Shown: in pieces, positions 23,771-34,003 of the stretch
Numbering within the stretch: position 1 is the first letter of the stretch
How the letters are laid out: each line of letters opens with the position of its first letter
Assembly (NCBI GenBank): GCA_043228905.1
Contig: JBHGNT010000002.1
Coordinates: 15,500,001-15,564,000, forward strand
Direction: 5' to 3'
Length of the DNA: 64,000 nt
Source of the DNA: Azolla caroliniana
Lineage: Eukaryota > Plantae > Polypodiophyta
Position numbers and translations under genes: made by a program
The notes under the pieces: generated by a model
The model's input: only the letters and a program-made list of their open reading frames with translations
Told to the model about the DNA's origin: nothing
Database searches by the model: none

Positions 23771-24387
23771 TGCACAAGATTCCCTGACAGAAAAAGAGGG
23801 GCGGAAAAATGGAAAAATAGAGACACAAGATATTTAACATGGAAAACCCGAAAGGGAAAAACCACGTGGAGTCCACAAACTCCGAACTGATCACTATGAT
23901 GAGAGGAAGTACTATAAGATACTCAGAGGCAACGACCTCGAGATCTTCTTCGTCTAACAAACGGCTACAGAGTTACACTTACTAACTCTCACTCTATCTC
24001 TCTCCTTCTTACACAGTTATAGAGGCAACGACCTTGAGATCTTCTTCGTCTGACAGACGGCTACAGAGTTACACTTACTAACTCTCACTCTATCTCTCTC
24101 CTTCTTACACGGTTATAGAGGCAATTACCTTCTATGTAACTATATACCAATGATTCGACTCTCTACAACTTAAAGTTTGCCCTAGTTGTTTATATACTAA
24201 GAAACCTTTTTGGCTATTTACAAGTATAGCCCACAAAGGGCACATTTGGACTATTTACAAATATAGTCTTCCGAATCGGCTATTAAATTGATTTTCGATT
24301 TCGATCTCAGTCGAGGCTGAATTACCCATGTGTCCTTGATTCAGTTCGTTCTCTTCGTCCCATCCGGGGGGACTTGTTTTCCCAACA
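23771..24387 (-). mobile_element. Solo Copia-type LTR with an internal 96-bp tandem duplication
   Basis: TG...ttcccaaca ends. It shares ggaaaaccc..gggaaaaaccac, gaggcaacgacctc and ggctatttacaaatatag with the 35717-40908 Copia LTRs. Units start at 23925, 24021 and 24117 (partial). No matching TSD was found. Confidence 0.75.
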
Positions 24388-24557
24388 TGGAGGAGTTGGT
24401 GGTAGCACTAATCGACCACGGATTGGAGATCAACTTAATGTCGATGGACTTCTATAAGCACAGATGGAAGATCCGTGCGGTGACCCATGCTACAGAGGAG
24501 CTACATGGTGCATGTCCGAACATCCGAGTGAAGGTCGAGGATGTCGAAATCGATCAA

Positions 24558-24974
24558 TGTTATTCTCTAGCCGGACAAGGCCTAACACAAGGTGTCACGG
24601 AGACACTTCACCAAAGGGTGATTACGGCATAGGATTGAGATTCAACGCTTACACCGACTTACATAGGTTACACGATTAGAATGCTTCGGTTGATTACACG
24701 CGTAAGATATAACAGTAATTACAGAACGGAAATCAAGACAGAAGTATAAACAACATAAGCTCTATTAATTATCCGCTGTCATTACAATGGGGTCCGGGCC
24801 TTTAAATAGGTTTCCGGCCCGTAGTACAAAACGGTGCCTCTCGCACCTATTCGGGATCCGTCCGGATCTGGAACGGCATACCGTTTCCAGTCCGTCCGTC
24901 CACACTATGCTCATTTACAACCATCTAATTAATTCCTTCACTCCGTATTTTGGACTCCTTGCCGGCCGGTAACA
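24558..24974 (-). repeat. 3' LTR of the young Gypsy
   Basis: Direct repeat of 34010-34426; TATA-like cctatttaaagg on the minus strand. Confidence 0.95.
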
Positions 24975-24976
24975 CA

Positions 24977-25014
24977 TGGCACGCCCGTGGGACAGTACCT
25001 TGTACGTCGAACCC
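24977..25014 (+). other. tRNA-Arg(UCU)-complementary primer-site-like motif at the position where the PPT is expected
   Basis: TGGCACGCCCG-TGGGAC[agtaccttgtacg]TCGAACCC lies 2 nt from the LTR. It matches the complement of a plant tRNA-Arg(UCU) 3' end as recalled from memory (..GGGTTCGAGTCCCACCGGGCGTGCCA). Confidence 0.7.
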
Positions 25015-25143
25015 TTCTCGGCCCCTTCATTGTTCACCCAAATTGTCCAAAATACTTGGTTCAAGAATTTCCACTTGTTCTTCCGGTTGTGGTTGTTGCG
25101 GCTGTGCTTCCTGCTGCTGCTGTGGTTGTGGTTGGGACTGAGG

Positions 25144-27876
25144 CTACTCCGGCTGCTCTGCTTGCTGCTGCTGCTCCGTTTGTTTCGCTGACTCCGGCTG
25201 CTCCGTTTGTCTCTCTGGCTCCGGCATCTCCGTTTGACTGCTTCCGGTCCGGTCTCCTTCCAGTATCGGTTCCTCATCACTGAGGTTGACCGTAACTGGT
25301 TCTCGTTCTTTCTCTCCCCGGATCCGGGACCTCTCGTAGCTTTCAAACTGGATCTGCGCCTCCAGCCTGTCGTCGTCCAGCTGAGCTACAAGTTGCCGGA
25401 CTTGCTCTAGTTGGTCCTCTGCCAAGGCTTGAAAGTCTTCGGCAAGCTCATCTCTTATGCCGGTGAAGTCTTCGGAAGTCAGCATATAGCAATCCTCTCC
25501 CTCCTTCCGCCGGTTCTCTACGTCAGCCCGGAGCAACTGGAGTTCCGCCGCGTTCGTGGCCCACTTGGTCCACCATTTGACGGAGCCGTTGTCAATCAAG
25601 CTCTTGGTCTGGTTCAACCAGGCCCGCATGATATCCTGGATGCGACTTGCTCCCATTTGTGCTCTGCTTTCCACCACTTGTCGCTCCTCCTTCAACTGCT
25701 TGATGAGATTTGCCGTATCCTCCGCCTGCTCTCTGTAGCGCGTCAGCTGCCCTTGATATGTCGTTTGCAGCCTCTGCAGTACCTCCGCCGCTCTTTCTTT
25801 TTCCGCCTGCTGTTGCCTGAGGAGCTCTGTCCGAACCTTCTCCGCCTCTTCCAACCGTTTTCTGTTTTCCGCTTGTTCCTTGGCGAATGCGGTTGCGGTC
25901 CGATCAACTGCTTGCCGGAGCTCATCCATCCGTTCCTTGTGCTCCGTTTGCAACCGTTTATATTCCCGGTGCAAGTTCTCAAATTCCTCTGTTTTTAGTT
26001 TGAGCTTGCCGTTGATCTGGCGATGGTTCCGGTCCTCCCGGTCCTTTACCTGCCGGAGTTCCTCTTTCAGGCGCTCTACTTCTGTTTCGGCGTTCCTCCG
26101 GAGCCTCTCCTTCTCTTGCAACATTTTCTCCTTTTCCTCCTTGAGCCGGTCGTACGCTTGGTGGCCTTTCCGTAAGCTCTCCTCGGCCCGGCGTAGATTC
26201 TCAGCAGTCTTTTTGAGTTCTGCCTCCGCTGCCGTCTTCAGTTCTCTTTCGCGGCTCCTCAGCGCTTCTTGGGCAGCAAGCTCATCCTTTAAATCCGCAA
26301 GCTCTTGGGCTTGTGCCGCATTTCTCTCCGGAACGGTTTCCGTTGCCGGGGTCTGATTGCTATGTACAGGTTGATCTGACACTTTATTCTGTACATTGCC
26401 CGGAGTCACCGGTGCTTGGACTTGTGTTTCCCTTGTGACCCTGTCCAAGTCTTGTTCAAGGCTCCGGATTCTAGACCGGGCCGTCTCTAGATCTACGGTT
26501 GTGACTAGCAACCGTTCCTGGTGCGCTCTCTCTTCCGCCTCTATATACTCGACCGCTCCGGCGATTTGCTCGCCTACCCACCGTAGCCACATGCTACTGG
26601 TGCCTTGTTGCTGTACTGGTCGGGTCGGCTCATTCTCTGTGGAATTGTCTGGCCTGATTGCCTGCATATGCCGTTCTGGTTCTACTCCTTGGCCGCCGTG
26701 TGCTCTGGCTGGGCTCGCCGGCTGTTGAGTTCCGGTTCTCGCCGTCTCCGGAGCCGTTGGACTGACTTCTTCTATAGAAGTCGACAAGACCGGTTCCCTA
26801 CGCACCGGTTCCGGTTCTTCCCTTGTGGTTTGCTCAGGTTGAGTTGGGGGCGTTTCTGCCTCTCGCGGGTACGACCGCTCCCCTCCTGTCGCGGCGGTCC
26901 TACTTCTTGACCGTCGTTGGAGGTGCTCTTCTGGCTCCTCCGTTTCCTCTTCCTGTGCCATGGCATGTTTCTGTGCCGTCAAGGGTTCCGGTTCCTTCTG
27001 TCCCAGTCTCCGTAAGGTTATCTTGACGGGTCGGACCGGTGACACCTCCTCCGGTTCTGGGACCCGTTTCTTCCCTTTCGTCGCCTTCGACGCCAGCAGC
27101 TGCTGTCGTTTGGACGCCGGCTTCGAGGTGCTTCCTTCCGATACTCTTGGCCGCTTCTTTGGCTGGGCGGTCTCGACCGGCGGCACGAGCAATGTTATCC
27201 ATTGAGCTACGGCGTGCCACAGCTTCCGGCCCTCCTTGCCGTCCTTCCCTCGTACCATGTCGATTGCCATGCACAACCCATCTGCAATCAGCACCGGCCA
27301 GTCCACCTTGACCCCTTCATAGGTGGCTATGATCATCCCTGCACGATTTTTTGGCATGACAGGGGGTCGGGGGTACACGTGACCGTACTCATGGAGCACT
27401 CGAGCTATCTCCCTGAATAGCGGATCTTCGCCGCCCTGCGTCCGATAGCCTTTGCCGGCAACAGAGTACTCACCGAAATATCGGATGAGTTGCTCCGAGG
27501 TTGGGTTATCGATCTGAAAGATTCCTCCCTCCGGAAGGCCTGTTAGCGCGCGGATCGCTTCCTCGGTGATGACCTCTGTGGCGAGCTCCTTGATGACCCG
27601 GTCGGCTTCTCTGTGCGGCGGTGCCTCCATGATGGCCAAGAACCCCTCCAGTCCGTTTTGTCTGAACCATTTCCTGGCCGCTTCCGACAGCGTTTGTGGT
27701 TCCATGTCTGCTTCAAGGTCGAGGGAAGATGGCGAAGTAGAGTGGTGTTGAGAGTGAGAGCGAGAGAGAGAGCGTTCTGAGCGCGGGGGTTCTCTGCGTG
27801 CAGGTTCGCGTTTGCTCAGCTTCCACTGCCTTGGTGCTTCTGTGCTTCTTGGCTCGCGAAAAAAGAAGGTCTCCAT
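25144..27876 (-). CDS. Extra ORF of the young Gypsy (910 aa): plant-transposon-type N-terminal domain, basic/disordered linker and long coiled coil
   Basis: Intact ORF, sense to pol, between pol and the 3' LTR. Motifs ITEEAIRALTGLPEGG and VDWPVLI, K/R clusters (PKKRPR, KGKKR) and an E/K/R/Q/L heptad-rich C-terminal half. No obvious transmembrane segment. Confidence 0.85.
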   Translation of the reverse strand: METFFFREPRSTEAPRQWKLSKREPARREPPRSERSLSRSHSQHHSTSPSSLDLEADMEPQTLSEAARKWFRQNGLEGFLAIMEAPPHREADRVIKELATEVITEEAIRALTGLPEGGIFQIDNPTSEQLIRYFGEYSVAGKGYRTQGGEDPLFREIARVLHEYGHVYPRPPVMPKNRAGMIIATYEGVKVDWPVLIADGLCMAIDMVRGKDGKEGRKLWHAVAQWITLLVPPVETAQPKKRPRVSEGSTSKPASKRQQLLASKATKGKKRVPEPEEVSPVRPVKITLRRLGQKEPEPLTAQKHAMAQEEETEEPEEHLQRRSRSRTAATGGERSYPREAETPPTQPEQTTREEPEPVRREPVLSTSIEEVSPTAPETARTGTQQPASPARAHGGQGVEPERHMQAIRPDNSTENEPTRPVQQQGTSSMWLRWVGEQIAGAVEYIEAEERAHQERLLVTTVDLETARSRIRSLEQDLDRVTRETQVQAPVTPGNVQNKVSDQPVHSNQTPATETVPERNAAQAQELADLKDELAAQEALRSRERELKTAAEAELKKTAENLRRAEESLRKGHQAYDRLKEEKEKMLQEKERLRRNAETEVERLKEELRQVKDREDRNHRQINGKLKLKTEEFENLHREYKRLQTEHKERMDELRQAVDRTATAFAKEQAENRKRLEEAEKVRTELLRQQQAEKERAAEVLQRLQTTYQGQLTRYREQAEDTANLIKQLKEERQVVESRAQMGASRIQDIMRAWLNQTKSLIDNGSVKWWTKWATNAAELQLLRADVENRRKEGEDCYMLTSEDFTGIRDELAEDFQALAEDQLEQVRQLVAQLDDDRLEAQIQFESYERSRIRGEKEREPVTVNLSDEEPILEGDRTGSSQTEMPEPERQTEQPESAKQTEQQQQAEQPE

Positions 27877-28093
27877 GCGCTCTTCTTTTTCTCTGTGCGT
27901 CTTGGCGCCTTTTTTTTTTTTTCGAGCATGCGCACGTCGTGTACCGATTTAGTATTAAGTACGTGGCGGCTCTTAAATGCCCACTACGTACCTTTTCGCG
28001 CCTCGCTTTCACACCCGTTCATACCTCGATTTTTAATGTTTTTTTTTTATTTATTTTTTTTATTTTTTTTATTTTTAATGACGGTGTGTGACC

Positions 28094-31000
28094 TTACACA
28101 TCCGTAAGTCCCTTCGGACCCTGACCGTTTCCCTTACGGGTTGCCGTGTCTTCCTTCGTCTCTACTACGGGTTCCCCGTCGTCTTTTTCTTCCGGATCGA
28201 TCCGTACCGATCCCGGACAGGTTCCTGGTGTAGTGCCGGTGAGCTGCATAAACGGGTTCTTTGGCATCGGTCCTTTATAGGGCTTTAGTCGAAATCCATT
28301 TACCCACTTGCCTAGTACTTCCCCGGCAAGTGTCCCTATCTGATAGGACCCGTTGTATTCCCGTGTCAGCCAATACGGGCCTGTCCATCTGAACCGGAGT
28401 TTCCCCGGCATCTTGCCCATCCTCGTTTGGAATACTAGCACCGGCTTTCCGATTTCGAACATCTTCTCATTACCTTTCCGGTGACGGTCAACGAACGCTT
28501 TCCGTCGTCGTTGCTCCAGTTCCATGTGTAGGATGCTGGCCAGCCGTTGCTCCTCCAGTTCGCATAGTGCTGCTAGCCGCATTTCCTCCGACTTCTTTTC
28601 ATTCAGCCGTTCCCGTAGTTGGATCCGTAAGCTTGGTACTTGAAACTCGACCGGCATGACCGCTTCTAAGCCGAATGCTAACCGGAACGGCGTTGTCCGG
28701 ATACTTGTTTTGTATGCCGTTCTGTACGCCCATAGCGCGCTATGGAGCTTTGTATCCCAGTCCGTCCGGTTTTCGTTGACGATTTTGCGGAGAATGTTCT
28801 GCAGCGTTTTGTTGGTGGACTCCGCTAGCCCGTTCGCCTGTGGGTAGTACGGTGTGCTCCGTTTATGAACCACGACATAGAACGTTGTTAAGCTTTCCAC
28901 TACCTGGCCAAGGAAGTGGCCTCCTTGGTCGCTGATTAATTCAATCGGACATCCATACCGGCACCAAATGTTTTCGTACAGGAATTTTGCTGTGGATGAC
29001 GCGGTGTTGTCTCTCAGTGCCTTAGCTTCCACCCATTTCGTGCAATAATCCGTTGCCACGATGACATAACGATTACCTGTTCTCATTGCCGGTGGCTTGA
29101 ACGGTCCGACAAAATCCAACCCCCACTTCTGGAATGGCTCTAGTGGAAGTACCGGTTGGTGTGGCATCCGTGCTTGCTCCGTAGGCTGGCCCATTCGTTG
29201 GCATAGGTCACATTCCTTAGCATACTTGACGGCATCTTTTAGCGTCGTGGGCCACCATAAGCCGCTCTGCCATACCTTTCTTGCCGTCGCTTCCCCGGCA
29301 TAGTGTCCTCCGGCAACCCCACAGTGTGCTTCCCGTAAGATTACTTCTTTCTCGTCACTACGGACTGCCCGTCTCCATATTCCATCTGCTCCTTTGTGGT
29401 AGAGAGTGTCCCGTAACAGACAGAAATTGCGGCTCTGCACCGCTAGTCGTTTCCTCTCGTCCCGGTTCATTTCCTCCGGTGGCAGGCCCGTGCTTAGGAA
29501 CTGGTGCATGTTTGTCAGCCATTTATCTTCTGATGCCACCGTGTCGTCCGCTGCCGTTTCCGGGGTGATACGGAATAACTCCGCGTCCGAGAATTCATCC
29601 GCTACTCCGTCGCCTGGTTCCCCGGACTCTAACCGGCTTAGATAGTCTGCTACGGCATGCTGGATACCGGGCCGGTGGAAAATCTCGAATTCGAACTCCT
29701 GCAACAGCAAGGTCCAACGGGCCAACTTACCGGTCAGGGACGCCTTGGAAACTAAGTAGAGGAGCGCCGAGTGATCCACATGGAAGGAGAACTTCCTTCC
29801 CAATAGGTAGTGACGAAACTTTGTTACACTGTAGATCATACCCAGGGCCTCCCGTTCCGTCGTTGAATAGTTCTTCTCCGCTTGGGACAGCTTCCGGCTG
29901 GCGTAATATACCGGCCGGTACCATTTGGGCTCCGTAAGCTGCATTAAGGCGCTGCCAATAGCGATGTCGGACGCGTCCACGAACACGTGAAATTCCTTGC
30001 TCCAATCCGGAGGCTGCACGACGGGTGCTTGCGATAAAAGTACCTTCAGGGCATTGTATGCCTGATCCTCCGTATCCGTCCATTGGAACGGTGTCCGATG
30101 TACCGCGGTGTGTAATGGTGTAGCCAAGTCCGCCAAGTGACGGAGCATCCGGCTGTGCCACCGGATCTGTCCTAAGAATCGGCTTAGTGCTTTGGCCGTT
30201 TTCGGCGCCGGTGCCCCTAGTATGGCATTTACTTTGTCCGGGTCGACCGCAATGCCCTCCTTACTTACAATGTGTCCCAGCAATATTCCACTTGACACCC
30301 CAAAGATGCATTTTGCTGGGTTTAAGCTTAGCCGGTATAACCTGCACTTTTCAAGGCATAACCGTAGGTGCTGCAAATGGTCTTTTCCCCGGCTATAGAC
30401 TGCAAAATCATCCAGGAAAACTTGCATGAAGGCAGGAATGTATTCACCGAAGATCTCCATGATGATTCGCTGGAACGTTGCTGGTGCCGTTTTTAGGCCG
30501 AACATCATGACTTCGGCCACAAACACCCCCCATTCGGTGACGAACGCTGTCTTCTCCTGGTCGTCCGGGTGCATCCGGATTTGATTGTACCCGCTGAACC
30601 CGTCTAGAAAGGTATAAACTTCATGACCGGCGACGGCATCCAGTACTCCATCCGTGAACGGAAGAGGGAATGCATCCGTAATTGTGGCGGCATTTAGTTT
30701 CCTGTAATCTACACACACACGGATTTTACCGTTCTTCTTTGGGACGACGACGATGGGGCTCAGCCACGTCGCTTTCTTTACCGGCCGGATGAAGCCCACT
30801 CTTAGGAGTTTGTCGATTTCCTCCTTTACTTTGGCGGCGTAGTTGGGGTTCATTCGGTAACGTCGTTGCGCCACTGGTTTCGCGTCCTTGCCTAAGTGGA
30901 TTTGATGCTGATATAATTGAGGGTCCAGCCCTCGCATGTCTTCGTATGACCAGGCGAATACGTCGCGAAACTCCGTGAGAAGTTTGATCATCGCCGCTTT

Positions 31001-33958
31001 ATCTTCCGGCTTCATTTCTTTGGCGATGTGTACCGGCTTTGATTCGTCCTTGCTTCCTAGGTTCACTTCGTCGAGCTGGGATGCTTTTACCCGTTGGGAA
31101 ACGGCCATTTCCCGTTCCAACGCTTCCTGTGCTTGCCGTAATTCCCGAATCGCATCTTTGTCTGGTTCGGCTTCGGTGTCGTTCCGCTGCGGCAAGTATG
31201 GCGCTACGGCTTCAGCTACGTCAATCTCGAAGAGTGGTACGATCTTCGGGTGTTCCTCCAAGTACTGGGCTTCTTCGTCGTCTGCCAATCCTTCAAGCAT
31301 GTTCACACATTCCGCATACAGCGGTGTGCATTCCTTACCATTGCTTGTCCGTGGTTGTGTCGGAACCCGGACCTTGGTTTTTCCGCGCCGGAAGGTAATC
31401 ATATTTTTCCGCCAATTTTGCTTGATGTGTGCTGTTTTTAACCATGGTCTGCCCAGCAGCAGTGGGTACGCGCCTTGCGCCTGTAGCTGCAGCACTACCG
31501 CCGAGATGTGAAATGTGTGGCCTCCTATGGTGACTTCCAATTTCCGTATTAAGCCCGTCGGCCGTACCGAGCTCGTATCCGCCATCCGTAGCCAGAACGG
31601 GCATGGCTCCCATTCATGTATACCCAAGGCATCACACGTACGGAGGCTTATTACGTTCACTCTGGAACCTCCATCGATTACTGTGCCGGGAAGTTCGTGC
31701 CCTTTGACAATAGCTGTAATCACCGGACTGCTAGTGTCCACTACCGTCGGTCCCTCCTCCGGGTTCGAGAAGAGGACTGGTGCCGGTGGGGCTACGCCGT
31801 CTGTCATGCCCGTTTTTAGCCCTTCTGTAAATCGCGGCACGAGCTGCAACAGTCTTCCTAACGGCAACGTGATCTGACATTCTTGCAGTGCTTGCCATGT
31901 CTCGTTTTCTGGGTGGCTACCGCCGGCACTCCCTATGGTATTTGCCTTTTGCCGTTCCGCGTCCGCGACGTTCTTTTCATTGGCTTCCTTTACCCATTCC
32001 GTCGCCTGCTTTCGTATGGCCTCTTGTGTTTCCCACTCTTTGGCTATGCCTTTCGACCGTGTGGTTACTTGCTGTACATCCGTCACTTCGGGAACCACCA
32101 TATTAACTGCTGGTCGTTTTTCGTAGCTCTTTACCGGGCACTGGTTACTGTAGTGGCCTTCCTGCCTGCAGTAGTAGCAGTACTCTTTACGGGTATTGCT
32201 GGATTCAGCATTGCTGGTAGGCGGAGTCGGTCCCGTAGCGAGTGGTGCGTTCTGTGCCGGTTGGCTCCTTGGGGTTCCATGTTCCGGGTCCCTAGGGTGA
32301 CCACCTTTCTTGAAATTACGTTTCTTATTATTCTTATGTTTATTTCGGTAGTCCGGTCGTGGTGGATCGTAAAATCGGCCATAGTCCTCCTGGTGCCGTC
32401 GGTAACCAGGCGAATGGTCTCTGTCGTATTGCTCGTGTCGCCTGTTGGGCTCCCGATAACGGTCCGCTCGCTCATACCGGTCGTAGTTATCACGCCGATT
32501 CCCGTACCGGCCATCATTTCCTTGCCTGTCTCCGTATCGGACATCCTGTGCCGGTCGGTACCGGTTCATTTTTTGCCAACGATCTTCCTCTTCGTCTTGG
32601 CTGCTTCTTGGCTCGATCTGTCGGACGGGTGGTGCTTGTCGGTTTAACAGGTTATACTCGCACCGGTCCGTTGTATGACTCTTGGATTGACAAATCACAC
32701 ACTGAGTGCGCATGGTGCACTCTACTGCCGAGTGTCCGGCATTCAAGCAGATTGTGCATTGAATTGCCTGCCGGAACCGGAGATCTTCCTCGGTGGGTAA
32801 CGCCCGTTGCAGTGTTCCCAGCGTAAGCCATGAGCTTGTCTTTTCCATTTCTCTGACCCGGTCAATGACCTGATCGATGGTGCATCCTCGAAAATCGATC
32901 ACCGTACATACCGTGCGTAACGGTTCCCGGAGTGCGTTTAAAAATATCGTCCGTAATTCCTCCTCCGGGGGTGCACGGGCAAGCTGGCTATGCATCCGTT
33001 GGAAACGGATGACGAATTGGGGAATGCTTTCCCCTGCCTCCTGCCGGATCGTATAAAACAGACCCACCATTGTCGTCTGGTCGACCTCCTTGTGGAAAAA
33101 ATGCAAGAATTTTGCTTTTAATTCTGCAAATGTTGTGATGGTCGCCGGGTCCTGCGACCGCCGCCATCGTGTCGCTGGTCCCTCCAACGTGACTCCGAAT
33201 TCCGCTATCTTCGAGCGTTCTTCTTCCTCCGGTGTCATTCGCTGGGACGTGTGATTTGCTTCCCATGTCTGCTCGAAGTCATCCACATGCGCTTCCGCAT
33301 CCGGATCATCGCGGTACTTTGAGTATTGGAACGACATGTCGTCGTCCAGTATTAAGCCGCGGTTTAGTGGCGTTTGTTGATATTTTTCCGGTACTTTCTC
33401 CGGTTCCACTTCCGGTTCTTTTGCCGGTCCTTTCTCCGGTTCTTTTTCCGGCTCTTCTTCCGGTACCTTTGCCGGCCCTTTCGGTGGTGTTGGTGGCTTT
33501 GCTTCTTCCACTTCCGGTGTTGGTGGGTTGACGGCTTCCGTTTGCTGTTCCGGGTAGCCCTGGTTGAGCGGTTCCGGTTCTGGAGTCGGCACGGTATCCG
33601 ACCCGTCGTCTTCCGGGCCGCCGGGGGTATCGTTGCTGCTCCGGTAGTTCGTGTGCACGCTGTATCCCCCTTCGGAATCCGATTCGTAGGCTGAAAAGGC
33701 TTCTGCCTCGTTTTCTCCGCTTGCCAGCGCCTCCAGGAGTCGTTCGGTTTCCCGGAGACTACTTAGACTGCTTCCGTCGTCCTGGTCGCGAGTTTGCCGT
33801 AACCGGAGAGATTCCTCTGCGACTCTCCGGATCTCGTTGGAGAACGAACGATCCGAGCGAATTTCCTGCGCTGCTTGCTGGAAGGTCTCACGCCGTCTTT
33901 GCCGTTCGGCGAGGCGTCGAGCTCGGTCTGTACCCAAGTCGTGCGTTGGTCTAGTCAT
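28094..33958 (-). CDS. Gag-Pol polyprotein (gag, 3 CCHC knuckles, protease, RT, RNase H, integrase)
   Basis: Knuckles CTICLNAGHSAVEC, CVICQSKSHTTDRC and CYYCRQEGHYSNQC; protease IDGGS; RT CVDYRKLN, LDGFSGYNQI, FLDDF; RNase H FVDAS, ERE, VDH, ADYLSR; integrase HHCC, GLDFVGP, SDQG, NGLAE, WTGPY. RT-RH-INT order indicates Gypsy. No chromodomain is evident. Confidence 0.97.
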   Translation of the reverse strand: MTRPTHDLGTDRARRLAERQRRRETFQQAAQEIRSDRSFSNEIRRVAEESLRLRQTRDQDDGSSLSSLRETERLLEALASGENEAEAFSAYESDSEGGYSVHTNYRSSNDTPGGPEDDGSDTVPTPEPEPLNQGYPEQQTEAVNPPTPEVEEAKPPTPPKGPAKVPEEEPEKEPEKGPAKEPEVEPEKVPEKYQQTPLNRGLILDDDMSFQYSKYRDDPDAEAHVDDFEQTWEANHTSQRMTPEEEERSKIAEFGVTLEGPATRWRRSQDPATITTFAELKAKFLHFFHKEVDQTTMVGLFYTIRQEAGESIPQFVIRFQRMHSQLARAPPEEELRTIFLNALREPLRTVCTVIDFRGCTIDQVIDRVREMEKTSSWLTLGTLQRALPTEEDLRFRQAIQCTICLNAGHSAVECTMRTQCVICQSKSHTTDRCEYNLLNRQAPPVRQIEPRSSQDEEEDRWQKMNRYRPAQDVRYGDRQGNDGRYGNRRDNYDRYERADRYREPNRRHEQYDRDHSPGYRRHQEDYGRFYDPPRPDYRNKHKNNKKRNFKKGGHPRDPEHGTPRSQPAQNAPLATGPTPPTSNAESSNTRKEYCYYCRQEGHYSNQCPVKSYEKRPAVNMVVPEVTDVQQVTTRSKGIAKEWETQEAIRKQATEWVKEANEKNVADAERQKANTIGSAGGSHPENETWQALQECQITLPLGRLLQLVPRFTEGLKTGMTDGVAPPAPVLFSNPEEGPTVVDTSSPVITAIVKGHELPGTVIDGGSRVNVISLRTCDALGIHEWEPCPFWLRMADTSSVRPTGLIRKLEVTIGGHTFHISAVVLQLQAQGAYPLLLGRPWLKTAHIKQNWRKNMITFRRGKTKVRVPTQPRTSNGKECTPLYAECVNMLEGLADDEEAQYLEEHPKIVPLFEIDVAEAVAPYLPQRNDTEAEPDKDAIRELRQAQEALEREMAVSQRVKASQLDEVNLGSKDESKPVHIAKEMKPEDKAAMIKLLTEFRDVFAWSYEDMRGLDPQLYQHQIHLGKDAKPVAQRRYRMNPNYAAKVKEEIDKLLRVGFIRPVKKATWLSPIVVVPKKNGKIRVCVDYRKLNAATITDAFPLPFTDGVLDAVAGHEVYTFLDGFSGYNQIRMHPDDQEKTAFVTEWGVFVAEVMMFGLKTAPATFQRIIMEIFGEYIPAFMQVFLDDFAVYSRGKDHLQHLRLCLEKCRLYRLSLNPAKCIFGVSSGILLGHIVSKEGIAVDPDKVNAILGAPAPKTAKALSRFLGQIRWHSRMLRHLADLATPLHTAVHRTPFQWTDTEDQAYNALKVLLSQAPVVQPPDWSKEFHVFVDASDIAIGSALMQLTEPKWYRPVYYASRKLSQAEKNYSTTEREALGMIYSVTKFRHYLLGRKFSFHVDHSALLYLVSKASLTGKLARWTLLLQEFEFEIFHRPGIQHAVADYLSRLESGEPGDGVADEFSDAELFRITPETAADDTVASEDKWLTNMHQFLSTGLPPEEMNRDERKRLAVQSRNFCLLRDTLYHKGADGIWRRAVRSDEKEVILREAHCGVAGGHYAGEATARKVWQSGLWWPTTLKDAVKYAKECDLCQRMGQPTEQARMPHQPVLPLEPFQKWGLDFVGPFKPPAMRTGNRYVIVATDYCTKWVEAKALRDNTASSTAKFLYENIWCRYGCPIELISDQGGHFLGQVVESLTTFYVVVHKRSTPYYPQANGLAESTNKTLQNILRKIVNENRTDWDTKLHSALWAYRTAYKTSIRTTPFRLAFGLEAVMPVEFQVPSLRIQLRERLNEKKSEEMRLAALCELEEQRLASILHMELEQRRRKAFVDRHRKGNEKMFEIGKPVLVFQTRMGKMPGKLRFRWTGPYWLTREYNGSYQIGTLAGEVLGKWVNGFRLKPYKGPMPKNPFMQLTGTTPGTCPGSVRIDPEEKDDGEPVVETKEDTATRKGNGQGPKGLTDV

Positions 33959-33991
33959 CCATTACCGTCGTTCGCTGCGAGAAAGCAGGAA

Positions 33992-34003
33992 TCGTGGTCG
34001 CCA
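33992..34003 (-). other. Canonical-side PBS candidate, tRNA-Arg(UCG)-like
   Basis: Minus strand TGGCGACCACGA starts 6 nt after the 5' LTR and is complementary to recalled tRNA-Arg(UCG) ends (..GTGGTCGCCA). Confidence 0.6.

Noticed and set aside
25207-33954. Many plus-strand ORFs overlapping the Gypsy ORFs
   Set aside because: These are antisense shadows of GC-rich coding sequence with no recognisable motifs.
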